Positions 49,521-59,089 of a DNA stretch of 64,000 bases are shown here, in pieces. Origin of the DNA: Verrucomicrobiota bacterium. GTDB lineage: Bacteria; Verrucomicrobiota; Verrucomicrobiia; Limisphaerales; AAA164-E04. The DNA is taken from contig CP170459.1 in NCBI GenBank assembly GCA_047947115.1, positions 3,744,001-3,808,000 of the forward strand, read 5' to 3'. Made by a program: the position numbers and the translations under genes. Numbering within the stretch: the first letter of the stretch is position 1; each line of letters opens with the position of its first letter. Under the pieces are notes generated by a model that was not told the DNA's origin, searched no databases, and saw only the letters and a program-made list of their open reading frames with translations.

Positions 49521-50522
49521 TCAGCTTGCGCAGGTCAAAACGATTTTTCCGAATTGTTCACTGTGTTTCATCCGTTCCAGTGCGGTATTGACTTCTTCCA
49601 AGGGGTAAACCGCATCGACGATGGTTTTAACCTGGTGTTCCTGGATAAAGGACATCATGTTCCGGAAATCGGCAGGCGAACCAAGGCTTGATCCTTGAAG
49701 TCTTATTTGTTTCCAAAACAATTTGAACATGTTGATTTGTTGAGGGTTCCCCAAGGTGGAACCGTAATTCACAATGCATCCGCCGGGTTTCACCAAATCA
49801 ATCAAACCATTGTAGGTCTTGCCTCCGGCGCTGTCGATGATCAGGTCCGGAGCGCCGGCCTCTTTTGCCATGGAATTTTCCCATCCGTCATCCTTGTAAA
49901 GGAATCCTCCTCGAGCCCCCATTTGGATGGCTTGTTTGATTTTATTATCATTGGAAGAAGTCACCCAGGCTTTGGCGCCCGTAGCCACTGCAAACTGCAG
50001 GGCTGCCAAAGCAACACCTCCCCCTACACCGGTTATCAAGACGGTTTGCCCTGTTTTAAGTCCACCTTGAGTGAAAAGGGAACGCCAAGCGGTTAATCCG
50101 GCAAGGGGAAGCGCTGCCGCCTCCTCCCATGATAAAAAATCCGGTTTCTCGTGAAGCGTTTCTTGTGGCACCAGAATGTGCGTGGCAAATGTGCCGTCAC
50201 GCGGCATGCCCAGGACTTCAAATTCGGGGGCTTGGGCTTCCTCTTGATCTCCCCAGTTGATGCCGGACTGCAGGATCACTTCCTTGCCTTTCCATGATGC
50301 ATCCACTCCATCACCGGTTTCGAGCACGACACCCGCTCCGTCTGATCCCAGAACGACCGGGAGTTTTATTTTAGGATAGAGCCCTTGTGTGATCCAATAA
50401 TCACGCCGGTTGAGAGCCGCGGTTTTGAGTTGAATCACCACGTGGCCGGGGGGTGCATTCAGATCATGACGATCTTGAATGCTCAAAGGTGTGTGAAGTT
50501 TTTCAAGGACTGCTGCTTTCAT
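49521..50522 (-). CDS. MDR-superfamily NAD(P)H oxidoreductase (quinone oxidoreductase-like)
   Basis: AALNRRD, VLGSDGAG, AAALPLAGLTAW, VLITGVGGGVA and FGKIVL. Confidence 0.92.
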   Translation of the reverse strand: MKAAVLEKLHTPLSIQDRHDLNAPPGHVVIQLKTAALNRRDYWITQGLYPKIKLPVVLGSDGAGVVLETGDGVDASWKGKEVILQSGINWGDQEEAQAPEFEVLGMPRDGTFATHILVPQETLHEKPDFLSWEEAAALPLAGLTAWRSLFTQGGLKTGQTVLITGVGGGVALAALQFAVATGAKAWVTSSNDNKIKQAIQMGARGGFLYKDDGWENSMAKEAGAPDLIIDSAGGKTYNGLIDLVKPGGCIVNYGSTLGNPQQINMFKLFWKQIRLQGSSLGSPADFRNMMSFIQEHQVKTIVDAVYPLEEVNTALERMKHSEQFGKIVLTCAS

Positions 50523-50705
50523 GTGAACGGATCAATCTGTTTTGCCGAATTCAACAGCATCATGATGAATATTCCAAGTAATGACTGTGATTTTCGGGTT
50601 ATCATGACGCATGCTTGCAAGTATGCGAGGTAGAATTTGGGGAGGAGGATGTCCCTGGGTTCTCCTATGTAAGACGAGAAGCAGGGGATGGAATCCACAA
50701 GGTTT

Positions 50706-50881
50706 CGCGTCGAGACGACCCGATCTACCTGCCGATGCCAACAGGTAGAACGTGCCGTCCCCGGCGCGTCCTTGTGGTGTGCATGTTCATAATTGCCATG
50801 CAAAGGAAAACCCGAGGGCATAGGACACCCCACAATCGCATCACTACCGTTTGCGGACGCGTCGAGACGACTCGATCTACC
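50706..50881. repeat. Cluster of three GTAG-type REP-like elements
   Basis: CGCGTCGAGACGAC(C/T)CGATCTACC at 50706 and ~50858, plus inverted GGTAGAACGTGCCGTCCCCGGCGCGTCC at 50744. Confidence 0.75.
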
Positions 50882-50913
50882 TGCGATGTTTTATCGCACA
50901 CAAATTAAAAAAA

Positions 50914-50953
50914 CTCTGCGTCACTGCGTCTCTAGCGCAGCGGGCGTGAGAAT
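50914..50953 (+). repeat. Solo copy of the GxxExxY element right end
   Basis: CTCTGCGTCACTGCGTCTCTAG-CGCAG-CGGGCGTGAGAAT versus 54097 CTCTGCGCCTCCGCGTCTCTAG-TTCCGAGCCATCGGAA-CGGGCGTGAGAAT. Confidence 0.85.
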
Positions 50954-51060
50954 GAGAAGCATCGGTGGGACCATATACGCAAAGACTTTTGGCAATCAGC
51001 ATAGTATTCACAAACCATGTTGAAAATGGTTTTCGCTGGCTTAATGATCTAACGGGCTTC

Positions 51061-53649
51061 ATGCTCATGGGTCCTGTGAATTTGTTTGATCTCATAAAAG
51101 AACGTGTCCCGAATCGTGAGGATGCCACCAGCGAACGTTTGCTGGAGGTGTTCATGGATTATATCGAGGAACTCAAGCTCGAGCTGTATCCGGCTCAGGA
51201 GGAAGGTATCCTTGAGCTGTTCGACGATAAGAATGTGATTCTGAACACACCAACTGGCTCCGGGAAATCCCTGGTGGCCATGGCGCTGCATTTTAAATCC
51301 CTGGCGCAAGGTCGGAAATCGGTTTACACCTCACCGATCAAGGCTCTGGTAAATGAAAAGTTCCTGGATCTTTGTGGGCGGTTTGGGGCGAATCAGGTCG
51401 GTTTGATGACCGGGGATGCCACCGTCAATCGTGACGCGCCCATTTTGTGTTGCACGGCCGAGATTTTGGCCAACATCGCGCTGCATGAAGGCGACCAGGC
51501 AGAGGTGCATGACGTGGTGATCGACGAGTTTCACTATTACTCGGACCGTGATCGTGGGGGCGCCTGGCAAACTCCTTTGCTGACTTTGTCTCAGTCGAGA
51601 TTTTTATTGATGTCCGCCACGATGGGCAATGTTGAGTTTTTCGTCGACGAACTCACCCGCCTGACCAAGGTGGACACCAGCTTGGTTCAATCCTTTGAAC
51701 GACCGGTGCCTTTGGAGTTCAGTTTTGAAGAATTGCCGTTGGATCAGGTGGTGGAGACTTTGGTGCAGGACAACAAAGCTCCTGTTTATATCGTTCATTT
51801 CACGCAAATGGAAGCGGCCCAGAATGCACAGAACTTCACCAGCATCAATGTTTGTTCAAAGGAAGAAAAACAGCAGATCGCCGAGATGTTGCAGGGGGTC
51901 CGTTTTTCCAGTCCATATGGCAAGGATATCAAAAAATATCTGCGGCATGGGATAGGGATTCATCATGCCGGATTGTTGCCGAAGTATCGCATCCTGGTTG
52001 AACGCATGGCTCAAAAGGGGCTTCTTAAATTGATTTGCGGCACGGACACGCTCGGCGTCGGGGTGAATGTGCCGATTCGTTCGGTCCTTCTGACCAAGCT
52101 GTGCAAATATGACGGTCAAAAGACGGGGATCCTGACGGTGCGCGATTTTCATCAGATCTGCGGGCGTGCCGGTCGCAAAGGGTTCGATGATGTTGGATGG
52201 GTGATTGCCATGGCTCCCGAACATGTGATCGAGAACTTGAAACAGGAGCGTAAGGCTGCCGAAAATCCCAAGAAGAAAAAGAAATTCGTCAAAAAACAGC
52301 CACCGAAGCGCGGATTTGTTCCCTGGGATCAGAAAACGTTTGAACGTTTGATAGGAGCCTCGCCCGAACCGTTGACTTCGCGGTTTCAGATCACCCATGG
52401 CACCTTGTTGAACGTGCTGAGTCGACCGAGTGACGGTTGCATGGCCTTGCGAAAGTTGATCCGTGATTGCCATGAAACCGATGCGTCCAAACGAGCGCTT
52501 CGACGTCGTTCGTGGCAGTTGTTTCGATCCTTGCTGGAGCGCGGCATCATCGAATGGGTGAAACCTGAAGAACACAACGGGGCTCATGTACGCGTGAATG
52601 TTGAATTGCAGGAAGACTTTTCCCTCAACCAGGTGCTGGCGCTTTACATGATCGACACGCTCCCTGAACTGAATAAGGAAGATCCTTTGTATTCATTGGA
52701 CTTGTTGACCTTGGTTGAATCCATTCTGGAAGATCCTCGTCATGTTCTCCTGCGACAACTGGACAAGGTAAAGGAGCAAAAAATCGCCGAATGGAAGGCG
52801 GATGGGATGGACTACGATCAGCGCATGGAGGAGCTGGAGAAACTGGAATATCCCAAACCCAACCGTGAGTTTATCTACGAGACGTTCAATCAATTTGCCA
52901 AAACGCATCCTTGGGTGGGGGAGGAAAATATCCGCCCCAAATCCATCGCACGCGAGATGGTGGAATCGTTTCTTTCTTTCGAAGATTACATCAAGACATA
53001 CAGCCTTCAAAAGGTGGAGGGTGTGTTGTTGCGCTATGTGACGGAGGTTTACAAGGTGCTGACGCAAACCGTGCCGGATGATTTCAAGACTCCGGAAGTG
53101 CGCGAGGCGATCTTGTTTCTGGAACTGATGATTCGCCAGACCGACTCCAGTCTGCTGGATGAGTGGGAACGCATGCGTGATCCTGAGGCATTCGGTCAAC
53201 GTCAGGAAAAGGAGATACAGGAAAAGCCCAAGCCGGAAGAAGAGGTGTCGTATCTGGATCCGATACGCAATCGCAAGGCATTCGAGGTGGTGCTGCGAAA
53301 CCAGACTTTTTCGATCGTGCGCTTGTTGGCGATGGGGCATTTGGAAGAAGCGGCGCAGCGTTTGGCTGAGTTCGCCGGGCAGGAGTCCGTGGAGTGGCCG
53401 GTGCCCCGTTTGGAGGATGCCTTTGCTGGTTATTTCAATGCCTACGATCGCATCCGCATGGACGCCGACGCACGCAATCCCAAATGGCTGCGGATCGAAT
53501 CCGAAACTCCCGAGAACTGGTCCGTTCTCCAAACCATCCTCGACCCTGAAGACCATGCCGAATGGGCGTTGAAGTTCGAAGTGGACATCAACGCATCCCG
53601 TAAGGAGGCGCGGCCGGTTATGAGGTTGGGTGGGGTTGAGAATTTGTGA
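51061..53649 (+). CDS. Ski2/HelY-like DExH helicase with DUF3516-type C-terminus
   Basis: [32 protein letters not shown] and [12 protein letters not shown]. Start uncertain. Confidence 0.9.
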   Translation: MLMGPVNLFDLIKERVPNREDATSERLLEVFMDYIEELKLELYPAQEEGILELFDDKNVILNTPTGSGKSLVAMALHFKSLAQGRKSVYTSPIKALVNEKFLDLCGRFGANQVGLMTGDATVNRDAPILCCTAEILANIALHEGDQAEVHDVVIDEFHYYSDRDRGGAWQTPLLTLSQSRFLLMSATMGNVEFFVDELTRLTKVDTSLVQSFERPVPLEFSFEELPLDQVVETLVQDNKAPVYIVHFTQMEAAQNAQNFTSINVCSKEEKQQIAEMLQGVRFSSPYGKDIKKYLRHGIGIHHAGLLPKYRILVERMAQKGLLKLICGTDTLGVGVNVPIRSVLLTKLCKYDGQKTGILTVRDFHQICGRAGRKGFDDVGWVIAMAPEHVIENLKQERKAAENPKKKKKFVKKQPPKRGFVPWDQKTFERLIGASPEPLTSRFQITHGTLLNVLSRPSDGCMALRKLIRDCHETDASKRALRRRSWQLFRSLLERGIIEWVKPEEHNGAHVRVNVELQEDFSLNQVLALYMIDTLPELNKEDPLYSLDLLTLVESILEDPRHVLLRQLDKVKEQKIAEWKADGMDYDQRMEELEKLEYPKPNREFIYETFNQFAKTHPWVGEENIRPKSIAREMVESFLSFEDYIKTYSLQKVEGVLLRYVTEVYKVLTQTVPDDFKTPEVREAILFLELMIRQTDSSLLDEWERMRDPEAFGQRQEKEIQEKPKPEEEVSYLDPIRNRKAFEVVLRNQTFSIVRLLAMGHLEEAAQRLAEFAGQESVEWPVPRLEDAFAGYFNAYDRIRMDADARNPKWLRIESETPENWSVLQTILDPEDHAEWALKFEVDINASRKEARPVMRLGGVENL

Positions 53650-53655
53650 GGTTTG

Positions 53656-54150
53656 TTTATAATCACGCTCGTCCCTGCGGGACTAGAGGCGCAGAGGCGC
53701 GGAGGTTTTTATGAAGGAGAATGAAATTGGGACGGCTGTGGTGGAGGCTTCGATTCGGATTCATCGGGAGCTGGGGCCGGGCTTGTTGGAGAGTGTGTAT
53801 GAGATTGTGCTGGCACATGATTTGAAGGAGAGGGGATTCAAGGTTGAACGTCAGGTTACTGTTCCTCTTAAATATAGGGGGTTGGAATTTGATGTGGCGT
53901 TCAAGGCTGATTTGGTTGTGAATGATCTGGTCATTGTGGAGCTGAAGTCGGTTGAGGCGATCAACAACGCTCATCTCAAACAACTTCAAACTTACCTGAA
54001 ACTCATGAATCTCCGGCTCGGTTACCTCCTGAATTTCGGGGAAGCCCTCATGAAAGACGGCATCCGCCGAGTCGCCAACGGCTTCAAATAAAAACTCTCT
54101 GCGCCTCCGCGTCTCTAGTTCCGAGCCATCGGAACGGGCGTGAGAATAAA
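53656..54150 (+). mobile_element. Putative mini-element: GxxExxY gene bounded by ~50-bp imperfect terminal inverted repeats
   Basis: Left end 53656-53704 and right end 54097-54150 are reverse complements apart from a central hairpin. Inserted between convergent genes. Confidence 0.6.
53711..54091 (+). CDS. GxxExxY protein (PD-(D/E)xK nuclease-like)
   Basis: LGPGLLESVYE, ADLVV..VIVELKSV, QLQTYLK and GYLLNFG. GGAGG SD is supplied by the left repeat. Confidence 0.93.
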   Translation: MKENEIGTAVVEASIRIHRELGPGLLESVYEIVLAHDLKERGFKVERQVTVPLKYRGLEFDVAFKADLVVNDLVIVELKSVEAINNAHLKQLQTYLKLMNLRLGYLLNFGEALMKDGIRRVANGFK

Positions 54151-54159
54151 ACACACACC

Positions 54160-56922
54160 TCACCTCCCAAGATCCGCCACCACCTTGTGCCGAAAGCGGG
54201 CAGGGAAGGGATTCCAGGGGTTGAGTTGGGGTTGGTCCCAGTTCCAGATTTTGCCGTCGGCCGTCATGCCGCTAAAGTAGGTGATGTAGACCCAGTCATT
54301 TCGTCTGCCAATTTGTCTGGACTTCGTTGGCTTGGCTATAATGTCCTGATCAGTGTTGATATCGAGGTTCTCAATAATGAATTCCGATTTCCACAACGTT
54401 CCGTCCTCTTTGATCCAGTAGAATACGCTTTTACCAAAGGGAGGGGTATCATATGAGACGTATTGCTTCAGGCCTGGCAGTTCCACTTTGCAAAGGAATC
54501 TTTTGGCCCCATTGGGAATCTTTATGTTACTGCTTTTTTCAAGCAATACATGAGGCGGAATCCACAGGGAACCTTCCGAATCTTCAGCAAGGAAGGACTT
54601 GTTTTGAGGATATATAGAATTCCATTGTCGATCTCCAAAGATGAGGGGCGTTGGTATGGATTTGTCGATCATTTCATCTCCCGGTTTCTTTCCTAAATTG
54701 ACCCAAACATTATCCCAAGCCCACAGGGTGCCGTCCTGCTTTAATCCAAGCATACCAGCTGGGCATCTTGTAATTTCCTTCCACTGGTGCTCTGGGAAAA
54801 CTTGTGTCATGGGTTCCAAGTCCCCTGTGTTTTTGTTATCCTGAAGTTTATAATTGGCTCTCCATAAATGATTTTTTTCATCGATGGCATAGACTGCTTT
54901 GTGTGTCAGTGCCAGATTACGGAAGCGATTCCCTTCAACCAATTGATGAGGGACAATTGGATGGTCAAATGGTGATTTGGATCGAATGAAATGATCTTCT
55001 TCCTCTTGTGACCACATCCAAAGCCGTCCTTTTGTGTCCAATATGAAACGATGATGATAGTTTCCAGCGGTTTCCGTTACGATTGCTTGAGTTGCTATTT
55101 CACCTGAATAAAATAAGTTGCGGCTCAGAATGGCTGGAACGGTTGGTGGTCGGTTTTTGAAAGCATCCGGAGTGTGAAAATGGCTCCATAGTCGATTCGG
55201 ATTTACAAAACTCAGACGTCCATCTCTCCGTAGTGTAATCGCCGCCTCTCGACCATTATCTCCGAGATCGGAATGCACCGCAAAAGTGCCTTGATTGAGG
55301 GGAGAATCTCCAGGTTGTTGGAGTAGATTCGATTTACTCCATTCATCCATGTGTTCGGTGGGAATGGTCAATATCTCAGAAGTCTTTAGTTGAGGTTCGA
55401 TCATGGTGACACGTTCCCAACTGCGGTCGATCATGATACCAAGCCAAAGCAGGATGACAACGGCGCTCCATCCCCATCGTTTCCAGTTCTGGACTTTGTG
55501 ATTTAATAAGATGACCGGTGCAGTAAAGTTGCTTCGACTCCACCATAGGGCAACGATGGAAAGAACAAACACAATGCCAGCGGGAACGGTAAAGAGTCCG
55601 AGAATAAAACCATTTTCATTCCCGTTGGCCAAGGCATAGAGAAATCCAAGGTAAAAGATCATCAATGGCATCAAGGCCAAGGAAAAACTGAAAGATTTCA
55701 GGAAAGAGGAAGTCAGGGATGAGATGTAGAAACTGAATGCGCTTACCACTAAAGCAGCCATGGTAATGACGCATAGGGCAATGTTGTGATAATAGGGGCC
55801 GAATGTGGAAAGAAAGGAAACGTGTTTATCGAAGGTAAAGGGCAATCCGGCAGCAAATAGCCAGCCTAGAAACAGGCAGGCGAGCATTTTGAAGGTGAAT
55901 TGGAAGCGTTTTGAGACAGGAAGCATCAATTCCCATGTGTGGGCATCCTGACGCCGGATATCTGCCACAGTCATCGCCGCAATCGAGCAGGGGAGAATGA
56001 ATAGTAGATACCTGAAGACAGTTGGAAGCATGCCAAAAATTTCCGTTTCGTGACTCGATTCTCCGCCACGGATCAGGGACTGATGCCAGAAATGCCCCCC
56101 CCAAGTGAAGGCTATCAATATAAAACCGACCAATAGGTTAATTTGTTGGAGCCTTATTTCGCGCTTTATAAATGTCCACACCGGGGATTGAGGTTTTTTA
56201 AAGACACGTTCGCCGTGAATTTTTTGTGACGTTGACTTCCAATAATTGAACTCAATGGCTTTACTTTCAAGACCAAGATCCTCCCATGTCAGAAACTGTC
56301 TCCAAGCTGCCCAGATGCCCCATGTTCCATAAACTAAACTTAATGACATGAGTATTGTGAATGCCCCCGGATTTGAAATTGCTATTCCAGAAATGGACAT
56401 TAGTAGATCGAGAACCATCCAAACAGTTGGTATGAACAGTGCCGGTATGGCCCCTGTCAACCAGAATGAAGCTGTCGGGTTTCGTAGTTTCAGGGTGAAA
56501 TAAATACCTGGCCCAAAACACATCCATGGCAACCAAAGAAGCCAGAATGGAATGGTTGTCACATTATTGGTCCAGCCATACACGTCCGTTCGAGGGAGTA
56601 GAAGTATGGATGATCCGAGCAATAGGCTGGTAGTGATGTATGCCATGCTAAGACTGGTGAGTTTTATTTTCCATAGCGCCCTTCTGTTTTTAGGCTGAAT
56701 CATCCAAGTGCCAAACAATGTTTCGCCTAATTCATGGCCAAAAGCTGCTGTTATCAAATAGCAGAGCATTAAAGCAAATGGCACCAACGCCCAGGTTGAT
56801 TTCGGCATGAGTTGCGGATTGCCCCATTTGGCAGCGGCCAGAACAAAAAGGAGCAAGGCTCCGCCTGCCATCATAGGTCCTTTGAGCAACTGCAGCTCTT
56901 TTTTAAGAATGGGATTCGACAT
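54160..56922 (-). CDS. ABC permease (two ABC-2-like membrane halves) with C-terminal RCC1-like extracellular domain
   Basis: MSNPILKKEL and FIKREIR starts of membrane halves; GLKQDGTLWAW, IKEDGTLW and ADGKIWNW RCC1-like repeats. Overlaps the ATPase gene end. Confidence 0.75.
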   Translation of the reverse strand: MSNPILKKELQLLKGPMMAGGALLLFVLAAAKWGNPQLMPKSTWALVPFALMLCYLITAAFGHELGETLFGTWMIQPKNRRALWKIKLTSLSMAYITTSLLLGSSILLLPRTDVYGWTNNVTTIPFWLLWLPWMCFGPGIYFTLKLRNPTASFWLTGAIPALFIPTVWMVLDLLMSISGIAISNPGAFTILMSLSLVYGTWGIWAAWRQFLTWEDLGLESKAIEFNYWKSTSQKIHGERVFKKPQSPVWTFIKREIRLQQINLLVGFILIAFTWGGHFWHQSLIRGGESSHETEIFGMLPTVFRYLLFILPCSIAAMTVADIRRQDAHTWELMLPVSKRFQFTFKMLACLFLGWLFAAGLPFTFDKHVSFLSTFGPYYHNIALCVITMAALVVSAFSFYISSLTSSFLKSFSFSLALMPLMIFYLGFLYALANGNENGFILGLFTVPAGIVFVLSIVALWWSRSNFTAPVILLNHKVQNWKRWGWSAVVILLWLGIMIDRSWERVTMIEPQLKTSEILTIPTEHMDEWSKSNLLQQPGDSPLNQGTFAVHSDLGDNGREAAITLRRDGRLSFVNPNRLWSHFHTPDAFKNRPPTVPAILSRNLFYSGEIATQAIVTETAGNYHHRFILDTKGRLWMWSQEEEDHFIRSKSPFDHPIVPHQLVEGNRFRNLALTHKAVYAIDEKNHLWRANYKLQDNKNTGDLEPMTQVFPEHQWKEITRCPAGMLGLKQDGTLWAWDNVWVNLGKKPGDEMIDKSIPTPLIFGDRQWNSIYPQNKSFLAEDSEGSLWIPPHVLLEKSSNIKIPNGAKRFLCKVELPGLKQYVSYDTPPFGKSVFYWIKEDGTLWKSEFIIENLDINTDQDIIAKPTKSRQIGRRNDWVYITYFSGMTADGKIWNWDQPQLNPWNPFPARFRHKVVADLGR

Positions 56923-57823
56923 GGTCTTTGCGGTGGTTTTTGACGGTGGCGAGGAAGATGTCTTCGAGTGAGAGGGCGTCGAGTTGGACGCTTTCCGGTG
57001 CATGGGACCGGGCCCATTGTTCGGCGGCGGCGGTGTCACCCCGGAGGATCAGTTCGGCTTGTCGTCCGTCGAGACGGCATTCCAGGACGGTGTCGTGATC
57101 GAAGGGGAGGGTGACCGGTTCCGGGAATCGACAGCGGAGTCGTTTGAATTCTGATTGCGCCTGTTCGGTCGGGAGCGTCAGGAGTTCACGCCCTTGTTCA
57201 ACGATGGTGAATTCATCTATCAACCCCTCGAACTCGGTGATCAGATGGGTGCTGACGAAGACGGTTCGGTTTTCCGGATCGGCGTCCTGATAGGCCCCGA
57301 TGACGGTGCGGATGAATTCGCGTCGGATCAAAGGATCGAGTCCAGAGGTGGGTTCGTCGAGAATGAGTAGTTCCGGCTCCGGGCAAAGGGCTCCAATTAA
57401 AGCGACCTGCATTTTCTGACCTCGGGAGAGGTGGTTGACCTTGTGTCCGGGATCGAGTTCGAATTGATCGATCAGTTTTTTTTGAAGCTTCTGATTCCAA
57501 TCTTCCCGGAAAGCCGCGAGGTATTCGAAGTAATCCTGGATGGACATCCAGTTGTAAAAGCCGATTTGATCCGGCACGTAGCACAGTTTGGATTTGACCG
57601 CGACCTCGTGAACGGCGGGATCGAGTCCAAACAAGCGCACTTTACCCGAGCTTGGTTTCAATAAATCGAGCAGGCATTTGATGGTGGTGGTTTTGCCGGC
57701 GCCATTGCGACCAAAGAAACCGTAGCAACGACCAGCCTGCACCTGGAGATTCAGGCCGTTGACCGCATCGGTCCGGCCGTATTGCCTGACCAGATTTTCA
57801 ATGTAAATAACGGGTTTGCTCAT
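56903..57823 (-). CDS. ABC transporter ATP-binding protein (YtrB-like)
   Basis: GRNGAGKTT, LSRGQ, LILDEPTSGLD and VSTH. Confidence 0.95.
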   Translation of the reverse strand: MSKPVIYIENLVRQYGRTDAVNGLNLQVQAGRCYGFFGRNGAGKTTTIKCLLDLLKPSSGKVRLFGLDPAVHEVAVKSKLCYVPDQIGFYNWMSIQDYFEYLAAFREDWNQKLQKKLIDQFELDPGHKVNHLSRGQKMQVALIGALCPEPELLILDEPTSGLDPLIRREFIRTVIGAYQDADPENRTVFVSTHLITEFEGLIDEFTIVEQGRELLTLPTEQAQSEFKRLRCRFPEPVTLPFDHDTVLECRLDGRQAELILRGDTAAAEQWARSHAPESVQLDALSLEDIFLATVKNHRKDHVESHS

Positions 57824-57860
57824 AACTTTGAACGATTGAAATGATTGGGATGGAAAAGGA

Positions 57861-58274
57861 TTAAACTTTGTTGGTTTTTTCCGAGGTTGATTCTCTCAAC
57901 TGAAATTCGCCGAGGCGTTCTTCGACAGCTTCCAGGAAATCTTCACGCGAAACCTGCAATTGATGGGCCTGGACAATGGCGGCATCGATCACTTCTTTCA
58001 GCATCTCTTTTTTGACGCTGGATTTCAGTGGAGAGCTTTGTTCACGAACGAAGCAACCGCGACCGGGGCGATGTTCGACGACCCCCTGACGTTCCAGTTC
58101 GCCATAGGCTTTGGAAACGGTGTTGCGGTTGATGCGGAGCTGTTCCGCCAGGGTGCGGATACCAGGAAGCGCCTCCCCCGCTCGAAGAGCCCCACTGGCT
58201 GCGGACATCCTGACCTGATCCACAATCTGGAGGTAAGTTGCCTTGCCTGAGTTGAAATTAAGTTCGAGGAACAT
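57861..58274 (-). CDS. GntR regulator, YtrA subfamily
   Basis: YLQIVDQV...LRAGEALPGIRTLAEQLRINRNTVSKAYGELE; short C-domain; heads an ABC operon. Confidence 0.93.
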   Translation of the reverse strand: MFLELNFNSGKATYLQIVDQVRMSAASGALRAGEALPGIRTLAEQLRINRNTVSKAYGELERQGVVEHRPGRGCFVREQSSPLKSSVKKEMLKEVIDAAIVQAHQLQVSREDFLEAVEERLGEFQLRESTSEKTNKV

Positions 58275-58289
58275 AGGGTAGCCTTATTG

Positions 58290-58320
58290 TTTAGGTGACA
58301 TATGCAACTATGTCACTAAA
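58290..58320. promoter_or_regulatory. Probable YtrA-type operator palindrome
   Basis: TTTAG-GTGACATA-TGCAAC-TATGTCAC-TAAA, ~20 nt upstream of the GntR ATG. Confidence 0.7.
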
Positions 58321-58498
58321 GCTTGGATCGTCAACCTTTTTTTTGACAGGATTTACAGGATGAACAGGATTGTTTGTAAAAGAAGTGGACGGGGAGCGCG
58401 AGGGAAGGATTTTTTGGCATTATAGCCCCATGGGTTGAGGCTGGAATGGTTGACGCCTGGGAAGTGATCCGTGGCGTCATTTGGTAAAGAATGATCGG

Positions 58499-58924
58499 TT
58501 AATCGACCTTTTTATAGGTGTCCATCGATGGTTCTTCATCCCGGTGGCTTTTGAAGTTTGTTGCCAGGGTGAGGGATTTGTATCCCATGCGGTAGACGAT
58601 GCTGCGATCGTCGTAAATAGGGGAAATGTTGTCTTCGCTTTCACCGCCTTTAATGTCGGTCAACAGCAATACCTTGAGATCGCCCACGGTGGACACTTTG
58701 GCTTTGCCTTCGGCGTAGATCCCCGTCTGTCCCTCGAGTGATTGGATCCAGAATTTGAAGGTTTCCCCTTTGAATTCCAGGATGTATTTGGCTTTTTCGC
58801 CGTATTCGCTTTTCTTTTCAACCGCCCATTTTCCGGCCAATCGATCCAGTTCTGCGCTCTGCCCCGTCAATGGCAGCAAAGCGATCAGTGCAAACATCCA
58901 CAGATAGTTTTGAATTGTTTTCAT
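58499..58924 (-). CDS. Small secreted beta-barrel (lipocalin-like) protein
   Basis: Signal peptide, then AELDRLAGKW. Confidence 0.7.
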   Translation of the reverse strand: MKTIQNYLWMFALIALLPLTGQSAELDRLAGKWAVEKKSEYGEKAKYILEFKGETFKFWIQSLEGQTGIYAEGKAKVSTVGDLKVLLLTDIKGGESEDNISPIYDDRSIVYRMGYKSLTLATNFKSHRDEEPSMDTYKKVD

Positions 58925-59089
58925 AGTCTACTTGCTTTCATGATTCCTGCTGGAACTCCTATTGTTATGAGGCATCACGAAAACCAACAAGACGAAAGCA
59001 CGTTTTTGCACCATTTTTTACAAAAGTATGAGAGGGTGGCAGCCGAATCTCCTGTAAACAAGGTAGGCTTTCTGCCGATTTGTGTGCAG

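Noticed and set aside
50519..50908. Small ORFs as a RAYT transposase remnant near the REP cluster
   Set aside because: No HUH/NP motifs; the ORFs are translations of repeat DNA.
50965..54091. Helicase + nuclease as an anti-phage defence pair
   Set aside because: The helicase resembles housekeeping HelY/DUF3516 proteins, and the nuclease has its own repeat-bounded unit, so adjacency is more simply explained by insertion.
58742..59089. N-terminal extension of the sulfatase
   Set aside because: Overlaps the opposite-strand gene 58499..58924; the signal-like segment starts near 59090.
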